Source of the DNA: an uncultured virus (IMG/VR IMGVR_UViG_3300021962_000076)
Taxonomy: Duplodnaviria > Heunggongvirae > Uroviricota > Caudoviricetes
Length of the DNA stretch: 64,000 nt
Strand: one strand, 5' to 3'
IMG/VR virus record: IMGVR_UViG_3300021962_000076
Span: 1-64,000 of that record
Below, piece after piece: positions 40,557 to 50,072 of the stretch (positions are counted from its first letter, which is position 1; each line of letters opens with the position of its first letter). A program made the position numbers and the translations under genes. Under the pieces are notes generated by a model. The model saw only the letters and a list, made by a program, of their open reading frames with translations, had not been told where the DNA came from and searched no databases.

Positions 40557-41441
40557 ATGAATGTATTAAGTTTATTTGATGGAATTAGTTGTGGTAGATT
40601 AGCCCTTGATAGAGCTAATATAAAGTACGATAGATACTATTCTAGTGAGATAGACAAGAAAGCCATTGAGGTTGCTATGTGTAACTATCCAGACACAATA
40701 CAAATTGGGGATATAAAAAAAATCAATACGTCATTTGCACCAAAAATAGATTTAATCATTGGCGGCTCCCCTTGTCAATCATTTAGTAGATCAGGAGATG
40801 GAACCGGGTTTAAAGGTAAGAGTGGATTATTTTGGGAGTACGTAAGAGTTTTAAAAGGACTAAACCCAAAGTATTTTTTACTAGAAAATGTTGTAATGAA
40901 AAAAGAGTGGGAGGATATTATAACTGAAGCTATTGGTGTTGAACCATTTATGATTGATAGTAAATTCTTTTCTGCACAAAAAAGACAAAGATTATATTGG
41001 ACCAATATCCCATTCGATAAAAATATTGTTGATAGAAACATCAATATATTAGACATATTAGAACCAAATGGCGATGAGAAAATAATAAATGATCACCCAG
41101 TTGTAATTAGTGAAACTAATAATATTTTTAAAATTAGAAACGCAACAAAATTAGGTTACCTTGAAGCCATTAATGGTGATTGCGTTAATCTAGAAGTCCC
41201 AAATAGTAAGACAAGAAGAGGTAGGGTAAGCAATGGAAAAACAAATACATTAAACACCGCTTGTAATTATGGAGTTGTTGTTAATGATAATATTAGAGAA
41301 TTAAACATAACAGAATACGAGAGATTACAAACATTACCTGATGGTTTCACAGAAGGCCCATCAATTAGGGAAAGAAAAAAAATGATTGGTAATGGTTGGA
41401 CAGTTGATGTAATTTCTCATATATTTAAAGGTATAAAATAA
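40557..41441 (+). CDS. C5 cytosine DNA methyltransferase 2
   Basis: Same catalytic motifs; different target-recognition region containing TRRGRV. Confidence 0.93.
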   Translation: MNVLSLFDGISCGRLALDRANIKYDRYYSSEIDKKAIEVAMCNYPDTIQIGDIKKINTSFAPKIDLIIGGSPCQSFSRSGDGTGFKGKSGLFWEYVRVLKGLNPKYFLLENVVMKKEWEDIITEAIGVEPFMIDSKFFSAQKRQRLYWTNIPFDKNIVDRNINILDILEPNGDEKIINDHPVVISETNNIFKIRNATKLGYLEAINGDCVNLEVPNSKTRRGRVSNGKTNTLNTACNYGVVVNDNIRELNITEYERLQTLPDGFTEGPSIRERKKMIGNGWTVDVISHIFKGIK

Positions 41442-41446
41442 AAACT

Positions 41447-42322
41447 ATGAACGTATTAAGCTTATTTGATGGAATGTCGTGTGGACAAATCGCACTAGAA
41501 AGGATTGGAATTAAAGTTGAAAACTATTATGCTAGCGAAATAAAAAAACATGCAATCCAGGTAACACAAAAAAACTACCCAAACACAATACAAGTTGGTG
41601 ATGTTACAAAACTAAAAGGTAGTGATTTACCAAAAATTGATTTACTAATTGGTGGATCACCATGTCAAGACTTTAGTAGGGCCAATAAAACAAAAAAAGG
41701 TCTTGATGGAGATAAGAGTGGACTATTTTGGGAATATGTTAGACTAGTAAAAGAAACAAAACCAACCTATTTTCTTTTGGAAAATGTTAAAATGAAAAAA
41801 GAGTGGCAAGATATTATTTCAGAAGAGCTTGGTGTACAACCAGTTAAAATTAATTCATCTTTAGTTACTGGAATGTTAAGAGAACGTTTTTATTGGACTA
41901 ATATACCATTCGATACCAATATTAAAGATAAAGGAATTAAATTAGCCGATATTATTGATGATGGATATGTTGATCGAGAAAAGGGTTATTGTCTACTCGA
42001 AAGTTATTCTAGACCATTAAAAACACCAGCTAAAATCGCTAGAAGATATTTCCTATACGGATTTTGGCAAGTTGTATTCAAAGATGAAGAAACCTATAAT
42101 AGACTAAAAGAAGATTATAACTTAGCTCAAGAAGGTGATGTTAGATATATGACACACGAAGAAATGGAAAGAGCACAAAGTGTACCACCTGGATACACAT
42201 CAGATTTAACAAGAAATGAATCAGCATGCCTTTTAGGTGACGGATGGACAGTCGATGTTATAGCACATATATTCCAAGGACTAAAAGTTGAAAAAAATAT
42301 CGAAAAAGTTATTGTAGATTAA
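41447..42322 (+). CDS. C5 cytosine DNA methyltransferase 3
   Basis: Same catalytic motifs (GDGW variant); a third distinct target-recognition region. Confidence 0.92.
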   Translation: MNVLSLFDGMSCGQIALERIGIKVENYYASEIKKHAIQVTQKNYPNTIQVGDVTKLKGSDLPKIDLLIGGSPCQDFSRANKTKKGLDGDKSGLFWEYVRLVKETKPTYFLLENVKMKKEWQDIISEELGVQPVKINSSLVTGMLRERFYWTNIPFDTNIKDKGIKLADIIDDGYVDREKGYCLLESYSRPLKTPAKIARRYFLYGFWQVVFKDEETYNRLKEDYNLAQEGDVRYMTHEEMERAQSVPPGYTSDLTRNESACLLGDGWTVDVIAHIFQGLKVEKNIEKVIVD

Positions 42323-42340
42323 AAATTATTCCTATCTTTG
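42311..42340 (+). promoter_or_regulatory. Bacteroidota-type promoter (weaker match)
   Basis: attg, 18-nt spacer, tatctttg; upstream of 42370. Confidence 0.5.
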
Positions 42341-42369
42341 TTTAAGATAATTAATTAAAGAATATTAAA

Positions 42370-42663
42370 ATGAGCGTAACCTACTTCAACCGACACGAAA
42401 ATATGGATTCAGAAACTCGATTTATGATTCTCGATGTAATCAAAGAACTTTGCTATAAATGTGAAACAACAAACACCGCAAGAATCGAAAATTGGTTATA
42501 TGGTACATTCGATGGATATGATTATTCTGAAGTTGCAATTAAATCTAAAGAACTTACTGAACTCACTCACGAAAACGTGGACCTTGCCTGTAAAGTAACC
42601 GACATCTTTGCTATCATTGAAAAATATCCTAGAACGGCAGAACCTAACAATAATCAATTTTAA
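42370..42663 (+). CDS. Hypothetical early protein
   Basis: 97-aa ORF after a host-type promoter. Confidence 0.6.
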   Translation: MSVTYFNRHENMDSETRFMILDVIKELCYKCETTNTARIENWLYGTFDGYDYSEVAIKSKELTELTHENVDLACKVTDIFAIIEKYPRTAEPNNNQF

Positions 42664-42914
42664 ACATTTAAACCAAAACAAAGATGACTAAGAAGATGAC
42701 AGCAGTTGAACGGTTAGAAGATGAGATTAATAAAGTTTTATTACATCTACCAATTGAAAGAGATGAAGTAAAAATTCTTATTCAACAAGCCAAACAGATG
42801 GAGAAAGAGCAGATGAAAGATTGCTATTGGTACGGTGATTATGACGGACGTAATGGCTCAGATAGAAACTTTGAACAATACTACAACGAAACATTTAAAC
42901 CAAAACAAAGATGA
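42662..42914 (+). repeat. 26-bp perfect direct repeat pair flanking ORF 42684..42914
   Basis: aaacatttaaaccaaaacaaagatga at 42662-42687 and 42889-42914. Confidence 0.85.
42684..42914 (+). CDS. Small phage protein of the TAVExL...QAKxMEKEQ...EQYYNETF type
   Basis: The motif pattern is recognisable from small Bacteroidota phage ORFs. Confidence 0.65.
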   Translation: MTKKMTAVERLEDEINKVLLHLPIERDEVKILIQQAKQMEKEQMKDCYWYGDYDGRNGSDRNFEQYYNETFKPKQR

Positions 42915-43126
42915 GTAAAGAAGAAGAAATTAAAAAAATATTACTTGAGTCTGGATTTGAAGATAAAGACATAATGTTTGGTACAACAAATTTTGGAACT
43001 GGTGACAAATATTTAAGGGTTGGTTATTGGAGACCATTATCATATGAATTAGTAGAAAAACTAAACTTATATGAAGATCGGTATTACGATGAAGATTGTG
43101 GTTATAAATACTCTTATGAATATTAA
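42911..43126 (+). CDS. Hypothetical protein
   Basis: 71 aa with an ATGA overlap; followed by a terminator. Confidence 0.6.
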   Translation: MSKEEEIKKILLESGFEDKDIMFGTTNFGTGDKYLRVGYWRPLSYELVEKLNLYEDRYYDEDCGYKYSYEY

Positions 43127-43133
43127 TTAACCT

Positions 43134-43163
43134 AAAACCATACAATTATCTGTATGGTTTTTT
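43134..43163 (+). terminator. Intrinsic terminator
   Basis: aaaaccataca-attatc-tgtatggtttt followed by Ts. Confidence 0.75.
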
Positions 43164-43202
43164 ATTTTTTAATAAAAATAATATTTATATAAAAAAGAAA
43201 GT

Positions 43203-43535
43203 ATGAAAAAATTTATTGATTTAGTTAAAAAATATAAAGTTTACATTTTAACTATACTATTACTATTTTACTTTTTTAGATCATGTTCTAAATCTACTGA
43301 AATTAAAAAATTAACAAGAGAAGTTAATAATAATGATTTAGTTGTTGACAGCCTAAAAAATGAAATAAAACTAAGACAACAAAAAATCGATAGTGTACCT
43401 GAAATAATTAGAATTGAAAAAATTAATATTCATCTTGAATATGATGAGTGGATTTCTTCTAAGGATAGAGGACAACAATTAATGGAATTACATTCTATTG
43501 TTAAAAATAACGTTAAAAACTTACAAAAAAAATAA
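43203..43535 (+). CDS. N-terminally anchored coiled-coil membrane protein
   Basis: TM segment VYILTILLLFYFF followed by a coiled coil. Confidence 0.55.
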   Translation: MKKFIDLVKKYKVYILTILLLFYFFRSCSKSTEIKKLTREVNNNDLVVDSLKNEIKLRQQKIDSVPEIIRIEKINIHLEYDEWISSKDRGQQLMELHSIVKNNVKNLQKK

Positions 43536-43539
43536 TATT

Positions 43540-43707
43540 ATGATTAATTGGGTAAATTCCTGGAAAAGTGGTAATAAAAAAAATAAATATAGTCTAACAT
43601 TTAGATTAGGCACATTAACAGTATTTGAATTTAAATTTTGTCCCTGCAATAATGAAAGTTGTAGTAAGTTTAGATTTATGATATTTAATTTAGGTTTTGA
43701 ATTATGA
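43540..43707 (+). CDS. Small hypothetical protein
   Basis: ATG at 43540 (MINWVNSWK...); ATGA overlap with the next gene. Confidence 0.5.
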   Translation: MINWVNSWKSGNKKNKYSLTFRLGTLTVFEFKFCPCNNESCSKFRFMIFNLGFEL

Positions 43708-44369
43708 AACAAATTTGGAGCTGGATAAAAAATAACCCCATTAGATCCATGTTCCTACTACCAATACTATTGGTTGCAGGAATCTCGATATCACACGTTG
43801 TATCTTGGTATGATATGGCAAACCCAATAAGTTGGGCAATATACCTATCAATAGCAATTGAGGTTGGTGCAATAACAGCACTAGTCGCAGCAACAAATAG
43901 AGTAAAAGGTGGTATATGGTTTATGTTTGGGATAGTTACATTTATTCAGATGCTTGGGAATATATTTTACTCATATAAAGAAATTGATCCTAATGGTGAT
44001 TTATTTAAATCCTGGGTAGAATTAACAGGACCAGTATGGGAAGCTATGGGAACAGAATTAACTGACACTATAGGAATGAAAAGATGGTTAGCATTTTTAG
44101 AAGGAGGATTATTACCTATCATATCATTAACATCATTACACTTTTTTGTTAAATATGAAGAGCCTAGCGAAAAAACCGCTAAGGTAGAAACCGAGGATGA
44201 GGAGGAGAGTAAAGCCAAGAGGGTTAAAGCCCCAACTCCCACCCCGGTTTTATCTGACGAAGAGTATTTTGATGAACTACCAATAACAAAAACTGAAGAA
44301 CTAGAAGAAAGGATTGAAAAAAAGAATAAAAGGTTAGTCTACACAAAAAATAATGGAGATAATCAATAA
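43704..44369 (+). CDS. Multi-pass membrane protein (possible holin-like)
   Basis: About 4 TM helices and a charged tail; directly upstream of the amidase. Confidence 0.5.
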   Translation: MKQIWSWIKNNPIRSMFLLPILLVAGISISHVVSWYDMANPISWAIYLSIAIEVGAITALVAATNRVKGGIWFMFGIVTFIQMLGNIFYSYKEIDPNGDLFKSWVELTGPVWEAMGTELTDTIGMKRWLAFLEGGLLPIISLTSLHFFVKYEEPSEKTAKVETEDEEESKAKRVKAPTPTPVLSDEEYFDELPITKTEELEERIEKKNKRLVYTKNNGDNQ

Positions 44370-44946
44370 AATAATAGAGTCAAATAAGACATCAACAAAT
44401 ATTAAAAAACAGATTGTACTCACTCACACATCAATTAATGTTAAGTCTTACTTAAAATCCTTAAAATTAAGACATTTTGGTAACTATGATAAAATACCAA
44501 ATTATGTAATAACAAAAGAAGGTTACATTTTAAATACATTAGAAGATAATCAATACAGTAATTTACTAAGCCAAAAACTGATAAATTCTAAATCAATTAC
44601 AATATCATTAGAGAATTTAGGATGGTTAGAAAAAGAACCATTAAAAAATTACCACATTAACTGGATTGGTGATATTTATAAAGAAAAAGTTTTTGAAAAG
44701 AAATGGAGAGAAAAGTTTTTTTGGGATCCATATACTGAAAAACAAATTGATAGTTTAGTTTTTTTATGTAAAAAATTATGTAAAAACTATAAAATAGATT
44801 TAAAAAGTATTGGACATAACACTAAAATAAAAGGAACAGAATCTTTTAATGGAATTATATGTAGATCTAATTTTGATGAAACAAAAACAGATTTAAGTCC
44901 AGCATTTGATTTTGAATTATTTGAAAAAAAATTAACAAATGAGTAA
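44353..44946 (+). CDS. N-acetylmuramoyl-L-alanine amidase-like (Amidase_2) endolysin candidate
   Basis: IVLTHT, NYVITKEG, SITISLENLG, YTEKQIDSL, IGHN and DLSPAFDF motifs. Confidence 0.7.
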   Translation: MEIINKIIESNKTSTNIKKQIVLTHTSINVKSYLKSLKLRHFGNYDKIPNYVITKEGYILNTLEDNQYSNLLSQKLINSKSITISLENLGWLEKEPLKNYHINWIGDIYKEKVFEKKWREKFFWDPYTEKQIDSLVFLCKKLCKNYKIDLKSIGHNTKIKGTESFNGIICRSNFDETKTDLSPAFDFELFEKKLTNE

Positions 44947-45568
44947 TTACGAAGAAATTAAAAAATTATTAAAAGCATCTAAAAGTATGCTATCAAATAG
45001 TAAAACAATAAACGAAAATAGAGTTATTGGTAGTAAGTATGGTATTATTTTAGAACAACCATTAGATGTTGAGGAGCCAAATAATATAACTAAAAAAGAT
45101 AATCCGTATGATAGTATTGAAAACGAAATTAAAAAAGATGAATACGAAACCGCGGACTCTAAAAATACTGAAAAAGACATAAAAAAAGATAAGAAAAAAG
45201 GTTATAGAATTTCTGGTGGTTTATTTTATATACATGGTAAAACAAATAAGGATTTACAATTAACAACAGATGATAAAACCGCCTTCCAAGAAAGTATGGA
45301 TGAGTTTGTAAATGAAGTAGCAGAAATTGTCGATTTTAATAAGTTAAATCTATATCCAAATAATGTAGAGTGGTCTGGAAAAATAACAGAGTACGACATT
45401 GAATTCTTTTTTTCTATTGGTGAAAATAATGGTGTTTATATTAATGGAACAATGATGAAAGTTGACGATGAATTCTTAGATATGATGAATAAGTTAAAAA
45501 CTTATTATGAAAAATTTAAGACTAAATGGTCTAAAATTATTGCATCAAGAAAAAAAACTAAAGAATAA
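44939..45568 (+). CDS. Hypothetical protein (possible head-associated)
   Basis: 209 aa with INE/ILE motifs near the N-terminus. Confidence 0.55.
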   Translation: MSNYEEIKKLLKASKSMLSNSKTINENRVIGSKYGIILEQPLDVEEPNNITKKDNPYDSIENEIKKDEYETADSKNTEKDIKKDKKKGYRISGGLFYIHGKTNKDLQLTTDDKTAFQESMDEFVNEVAEIVDFNKLNLYPNNVEWSGKITEYDIEFFFSIGENNGVYINGTMMKVDDEFLDMMNKLKTYYEKFKTKWSKIIASRKKTKE

Positions 45569-45921
45569 TGAAAACCTTTTTTTTAAAATATATTAAAGAA
45601 ATTTTATTAGTTGTATTAACACTACTTATTGTTTTTTTATTATATCTAATTTTTAAACCAACTAATGATAAGTCAGAATTATTACAGTATAAATTAGAAC
45701 AATTAGACAACTCAATAAATAGTTTAAAATTAGACCAAAAAAGACTAACAGACTCAATAGTATCATATAAAAATGATATAAACAAAATTGATGGTAAGCT
45801 TGAAGTAATTAAAAATAAGAAATCAACTGTTAATAACTTTTATAGTGAAAAGAATGGTGAGATTGAAAACTCAACCAATAAACAATTAGATAGCTTATTT
45901 AGAAAAAGATATAATTATTAA
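45568..45921 (+). CDS. TM plus coiled-coil protein (spanin-like candidate)
   Basis: N-terminal TM helix then coiled coil; near the amidase. Confidence 0.5.
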   Translation: MKTFFLKYIKEILLVVLTLLIVFLLYLIFKPTNDKSELLQYKLEQLDNSINSLKLDQKRLTDSIVSYKNDINKIDGKLEVIKNKKSTVNNFYSEKNGEIENSTNKQLDSLFRKRYNY

Positions 45922-45922
45922 T

Positions 45923-46339
45923 ATGAAAGGAATTCTAATAATATTATTTTGTTTTTTTACTGGAAATGTATTTACCCAGGATACAAGTAAAACCATAATT
46001 AAAGTTGACGACATTTGTATACCAAATAATATTGCAAAGGAGATTTTAAAAGACTTAAATGACTTAGATAGACTTAAAGAGATTGAGAAATTAAACAATG
46101 AGGAAATCCAAACTCTAGAAGAAAAAATAAAAAAACAAGAGTTAATTATTTTAGCTCTAGAAGAGAAGAACAAGAATAGTGAGTTAATTATTAGTAAAAC
46201 TGAAGAAAAAGTTACATTAATTGACGAAGATAATAAAGAGCTAAGAAAACAAAATAAAAAACTTAGAATAAAAAATACAGTAATTGAGATTTTTACTGGT
46301 GTCGCTATTGGCACAATGATCATACTACAAATTTTTTAA
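45923..46339 (+). CDS. Signal peptide, coiled coil and C-terminal TM protein (spanin-like candidate)
   Basis: MKGILIILFCFFTGNVFT|Q signal-like sequence; hydrophobic C-terminus. Confidence 0.5.
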   Translation: MKGILIILFCFFTGNVFTQDTSKTIIKVDDICIPNNIAKEILKDLNDLDRLKEIEKLNNEEIQTLEEKIKKQELIILALEEKNKNSELIISKTEEKVTLIDEDNKELRKQNKKLRIKNTVIEIFTGVAIGTMIILQIF

Positions 46340-46341
46340 AT

Positions 46342-46590
46342 ATGGCATTAACAAATACAGATAAAAAAGAAATTGAAGCCATAACTCGTAGGGAGATACG
46401 AGACTTTTTTAATTCAAATACTGCAAAACAGTTTGAAGATAAATTGGTTGATAGAATAAAAAAAGAAATGGGTAGAAATGGTAAATTAAACGATGATATT
46501 AAAGATTTAATTATAAAATCGTTTAGAGAATTTTATACAATAATGTACCAGCAAAGGAGTTTCTGGGAGTCAAAATTTAAAGGACTATGA
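46342..46590 (+). CDS. Hypothetical protein
   Basis: 82-aa ORF packed in the operon. Confidence 0.6.
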   Translation: MALTNTDKKEIEAITRREIRDFFNSNTAKQFEDKLVDRIKKEMGRNGKLNDDIKDLIIKSFREFYTIMYQQRSFWESKFKGL

Positions 46591-47309
46591 CTATTCTTGA
46601 AAACTTTAAAGACGCACTAAATAAAGCATTTTTTGAAGCTGGTGTACTAGGTATTGACGCGGCGAATGCTAAAAAAGATTTTTTAGGTGAAGAAAGTGAT
46701 TTTGACTCATTAAATTTTTTAACATATCTAAATGATGTGGACGACATCTTTAAAGTTTTAAAACTTGTAAAGAATAAAAAATTATCAAATAATAAAATTA
46801 AAGATGAAATTAGAAAACTTTTAAAAGATCCAGAAGATTTAAATAAGTTTTTAAAATCAGTATTAAATGTTTATAAAACAAATAAAGAAAAACCAAAAAA
46901 AGAAGAAAATAAAGAGGCAACAGGCACCGGAGCAAGTTCTGGATCTTTTGAACCTCTTTTTGGTGGTGATATGTCTAAAGATGATATAAAAAAAACTGAA
47001 ACTAAGGAAGCCACGGGATCAGCATCATCCGGACAATACTCAACGAATAAAATTTGGGCCAAATCAACAAGTAAGAAAGACTGGAGAGGAAGAGCTAAAA
47101 CACAAATTCCTGGTGGAAAATTTGTCCAGGTTAAAAAAAAATGTAAAAAATTCCCTTATTGTAATCAAGGAGATATTAATGCGGTTAATATTTTTGAGAA
47201 TCAAACACTAATGACTGTTATTGAAACCACAGCTAGAAAGTATGGAATAACAAAAAATAAAGTTATTGATATTATTATTAATGAAATTAAGATAAATACT
47301 AAAAACTAA
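46587..47309 (+). CDS. Hypothetical protein with duplicated KEATG..SSG motif
   Basis: KEATGTGASSGSF and KEATGSASSGQY; CKKFPYC. Confidence 0.6.
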   Translation: MTILENFKDALNKAFFEAGVLGIDAANAKKDFLGEESDFDSLNFLTYLNDVDDIFKVLKLVKNKKLSNNKIKDEIRKLLKDPEDLNKFLKSVLNVYKTNKEKPKKEENKEATGTGASSGSFEPLFGGDMSKDDIKKTETKEATGSASSGQYSTNKIWAKSTSKKDWRGRAKTQIPGGKFVQVKKKCKKFPYCNQGDINAVNIFENQTLMTVIETTARKYGITKNKVIDIIINEIKINTKN

Positions 47310-47331
47310 ATATTTATAATAAAAAATTATT

Positions 47332-48558
47332 ATGAAAGATATTGAAAATTATATAAGAGGTATTAAAAATAGACTAATCAATGAAACTATCGACTCTAAG
47401 GTTGATGAGATTCTAGAAAAATTAAATAGTGATGAATTTGATTATGTTGCCGAGGGAAATCTTTGTGAGTGTGGAGGATCTATTTATGAAAACGAATGTA
47501 TTGAGTGTGGTAAAATGTATGAAGACGATTGTATGGAGTGTGGTGGTAAAAAATTAGACATTCTAGAATTAGAAGACCCAAGTTGGTTTGAAGAAACTGA
47601 CGACATAATACGAAGTAATCGTTTTAGTAAAGACAAATACGATAAATGGAATCTTAAAGGTAAAAAACATCACAATAAAAAACGTCAAAAATATGATGAT
47701 AAAGATGAAGATGAAATCTTATTTGATTTAGAAATAGACGAAGATGATATGGGAGAAGGAAACGCTTTTGGATATAAATTAAAAAAAGCTAGAGAGGATG
47801 GTGATGATGAGTTTGAACTTGGTGGAAGAAAGATTCGTGTTACAAACGAGTCTATACTATATAGTCTTTCAGATGAGAAAGGTAGTGAATTATTTACCGA
47901 GGATGAAGTCATTGATTTGATAGAGAGTATTGTTAATGAAGAAAATGTAAAATCTAACATTAAAAAAGGTGTTACACCAGTTGGTTTAGCAACATATGAA
48001 AAAGCACACAAAGGGTCTAAAAAGGAAAATGATGAGTATTTAAATTCTGTTGTAAAAAAACTAAAAGATTATTTAAAAGATGGGTCAAAAGGTGACTTTG
48101 AAATGGACCCAAAGAAATTCCCAAAGGGTAATGGCGAGTTAGAAAAAATGAAAACTAAAAAATACACAATGTCAGATGATGGTAAAGAATTTTTAGACGA
48201 TTTTATGCACCCAGGAATGGAAGACCTTGTACCTGACGAGATTCAATACGATGAAGATTGGGTTGATGATTTAATTGGCGGTGCTTCTAGAACTGGAAAT
48301 AATTCAGAGTGGGCAAATGGTGAAGAAACAGATTTAGGCGAAAAACTAAATAAAAAGAGAAAAACTAAAAAATTCCATAACGCAAAAATGATGGCCTATA
48401 GAAAATCACCACAACCAGTTACAGATGGTACCGGTGAAAATAGTGGAAGTGGTGTGAATATTAAAGTTGAAAACACAAACGAGAAACAAAAACAAAAACT
48501 AAATGAAGAATTTAGTAGAATTCAACAACTAATGGGATATACAAAAAAGACACAATAA
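47332..48558 (+). CDS. Acidic putative head/scaffold-associated protein
   Basis: Repeated CxECG units, several (L/I/V)xE motifs, C-terminal LNEEFSRIQQLMGY; TATTTATA upstream. Confidence 0.55.
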   Translation: MKDIENYIRGIKNRLINETIDSKVDEILEKLNSDEFDYVAEGNLCECGGSIYENECIECGKMYEDDCMECGGKKLDILELEDPSWFEETDDIIRSNRFSKDKYDKWNLKGKKHHNKKRQKYDDKDEDEILFDLEIDEDDMGEGNAFGYKLKKAREDGDDEFELGGRKIRVTNESILYSLSDEKGSELFTEDEVIDLIESIVNEENVKSNIKKGVTPVGLATYEKAHKGSKKENDEYLNSVVKKLKDYLKDGSKGDFEMDPKKFPKGNGELEKMKTKKYTMSDDGKEFLDDFMHPGMEDLVPDEIQYDEDWVDDLIGGASRTGNNSEWANGEETDLGEKLNKKRKTKKFHNAKMMAYRKSPQPVTDGTGENSGSGVNIKVENTNEKQKQKLNEEFSRIQQLMGYTKKTQ

Positions 48559-48608
48559 TTTACTTAAAATAAATCTTATATTATTATTCTCCATAGATAG
48601 ATATATTT

Positions 48609-49097
48609 ATGGAGAATAATTTTTTTAACTACATTACAAACCCATTAAGTAAAGATGAGGTTGATGTTTGGTTTAAATCTAATAATATTATTTTTGAAAA
48701 ACTAGAATTATATTTTGATTTTTCATATAGTTTATATAGTATAATATATAATACGTATCTTGGTGAATCAGAGATAAATCAAAAACAAAGTGTTATTATG
48801 TCAGATAATGACAATATTAACCATTTTAATTGGTGTTGGAAAAAAAACATAGAAAATTTTAAAAAAGAAAATATTTCATTTAATAAAGAAGGATCACACT
48901 ATCTATATTTTAAAGATTTTTTTAATGAAATTTTTTATAGTCCAGAAAAAAAAGAGTTTAAAGAAACTATTGATAAATTTTTACTAGACATATTTAGTTT
49001 AGACACTAACTTTAGTAAATCAGACTTGGATTTATTATTAACAATTTATAAATCTTTGGACTTAAATATGACGTATATATCTTTACATAAAAATTAA
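48609..49097 (+). CDS. Hypothetical protein
   Basis: 162-aa ORF. Confidence 0.6.
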   Translation: MENNFFNYITNPLSKDEVDVWFKSNNIIFEKLELYFDFSYSLYSIIYNTYLGESEINQKQSVIMSDNDNINHFNWCWKKNIENFKKENISFNKEGSHYLYFKDFFNEIFYSPEKKEFKETIDKFLLDIFSLDTNFSKSDLDLLLTIYKSLDLNMTYISLHKN

Positions 49098-49137
49098 TTT
49101 TTTTATTATATAACAAATAAACAATAAATTTTATAAT

Positions 49138-49308
49138 ATGAAAACTTTAGAAGAAATTAAAAATATGGTAGACACACTAACTGTCGATGTTACTAAATTT
49201 TATGGTGGTAATAATTCCGCTGGGACTAGAGCTAGAAAAGACGCACAGGAATTAACTAAACTACTAAAACAACTTAGATCTGAAATCCTAGATGAGAGAA
49301 AGAAATAA
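49138..49308 (+). CDS. Histone H1-like (Hc1-family, Bacteroidota-type) small DNA-binding protein, not in the ORF track
   Basis: 56 aa: MKTLEEIKNMVDTLTVDVTKFYGGNNSAGTRARKDAQELTKLLKQLRSEILDERKK, with the GNxxAGTRARK signature. Confidence 0.8.
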   Translation: MKTLEEIKNMVDTLTVDVTKFYGGNNSAGTRARKDAQELTKLLKQLRSEILDERKK

Positions 49309-49493
49309 TGGTAGATATTAAAAATATATTTTTATTTGTTTTTATATTCACTTTATTAGTGTGTATTAGGAATATTGTAATATTGTTTATATCGATATTT
49401 AAAACACCACCAAAACAAGTTAAATATACTAATAAAGAAATTATATATATAGGACTTAGTATTTCATATATAATAACCTACTTACTAAATTAA
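49308..49493 (+). CDS. Small 2-TM membrane protein
   Basis: Two hydrophobic helices; TAATG overlap. Confidence 0.5.
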   Translation: MVDIKNIFLFVFIFTLLVCIRNIVILFISIFKTPPKQVKYTNKEIIYIGLSISYIITYLLN

Positions 49494-49498
49494 TAATT

Positions 49499-49927
49499 AT
49501 GACATTTTACGAAGAAATTGAACTAGTATATCCATACTTAGTTTCTATTAGAAAACTAAAAGAATATCTTAGTTTTGATATCGAATTCCCTGAGAAGTGG
49601 AGAATACCAAAAAAATATATAAATGAGGATAAGTTTGTTAAACAGGAAAAACAAAATCCAGGTAAAAACCTAGTTTCTTTTGTATCGGAGTTAAAAGAAG
49701 ATGAGTTAAATTTAACTGTTGAGAACATAAAAAAGATTATAAATTTTAACAAAGAGATAGAACAGAAAGAAGCGCTATTTTCAAACAAAGTAGAGGAATT
49801 AAAAAAGATATTTGAATTGCAAGATATTGGTAGTTTAAAGACTCTAAAGTTTGAAATAAACGAATTTAATTTACAACTTGAAAATGATGAACAAGTCGGA
49901 GAACCAGATGAACTTACTAAAGAGTGA
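49499..49927 (+). CDS. Hypothetical protein
   Basis: 142-aa ORF. Confidence 0.6.
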   Translation: MTFYEEIELVYPYLVSIRKLKEYLSFDIEFPEKWRIPKKYINEDKFVKQEKQNPGKNLVSFVSELKEDELNLTVENIKKIINFNKEIEQKEALFSNKVEELKKIFELQDIGSLKTLKFEINEFNLQLENDEQVGEPDELTKE

Positions 49928-50072
49928 ATTCAAAAAGGACCAAGAAGATTTAGAACGAGAAAAAAACGAGTTAATAGACAAAATAAAAAAATATAAAAAA
50001 GAGGATATCTTACCTAAAAAGGTTAAAATAAGTTTATGGGAGAGAATAAAAATGATTTTAATACCAAATTAA
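49884..50072 (+). CDS. Small hypothetical protein
   Basis: ATG at 49884 or 49887; coiled coil and SLWERIK tail. Confidence 0.45.
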   Translation: MMNKSENQMNLLKSEFKKDQEDLEREKNELIDKIKKYKKEDILPKKVKISLWERIKMILIPN

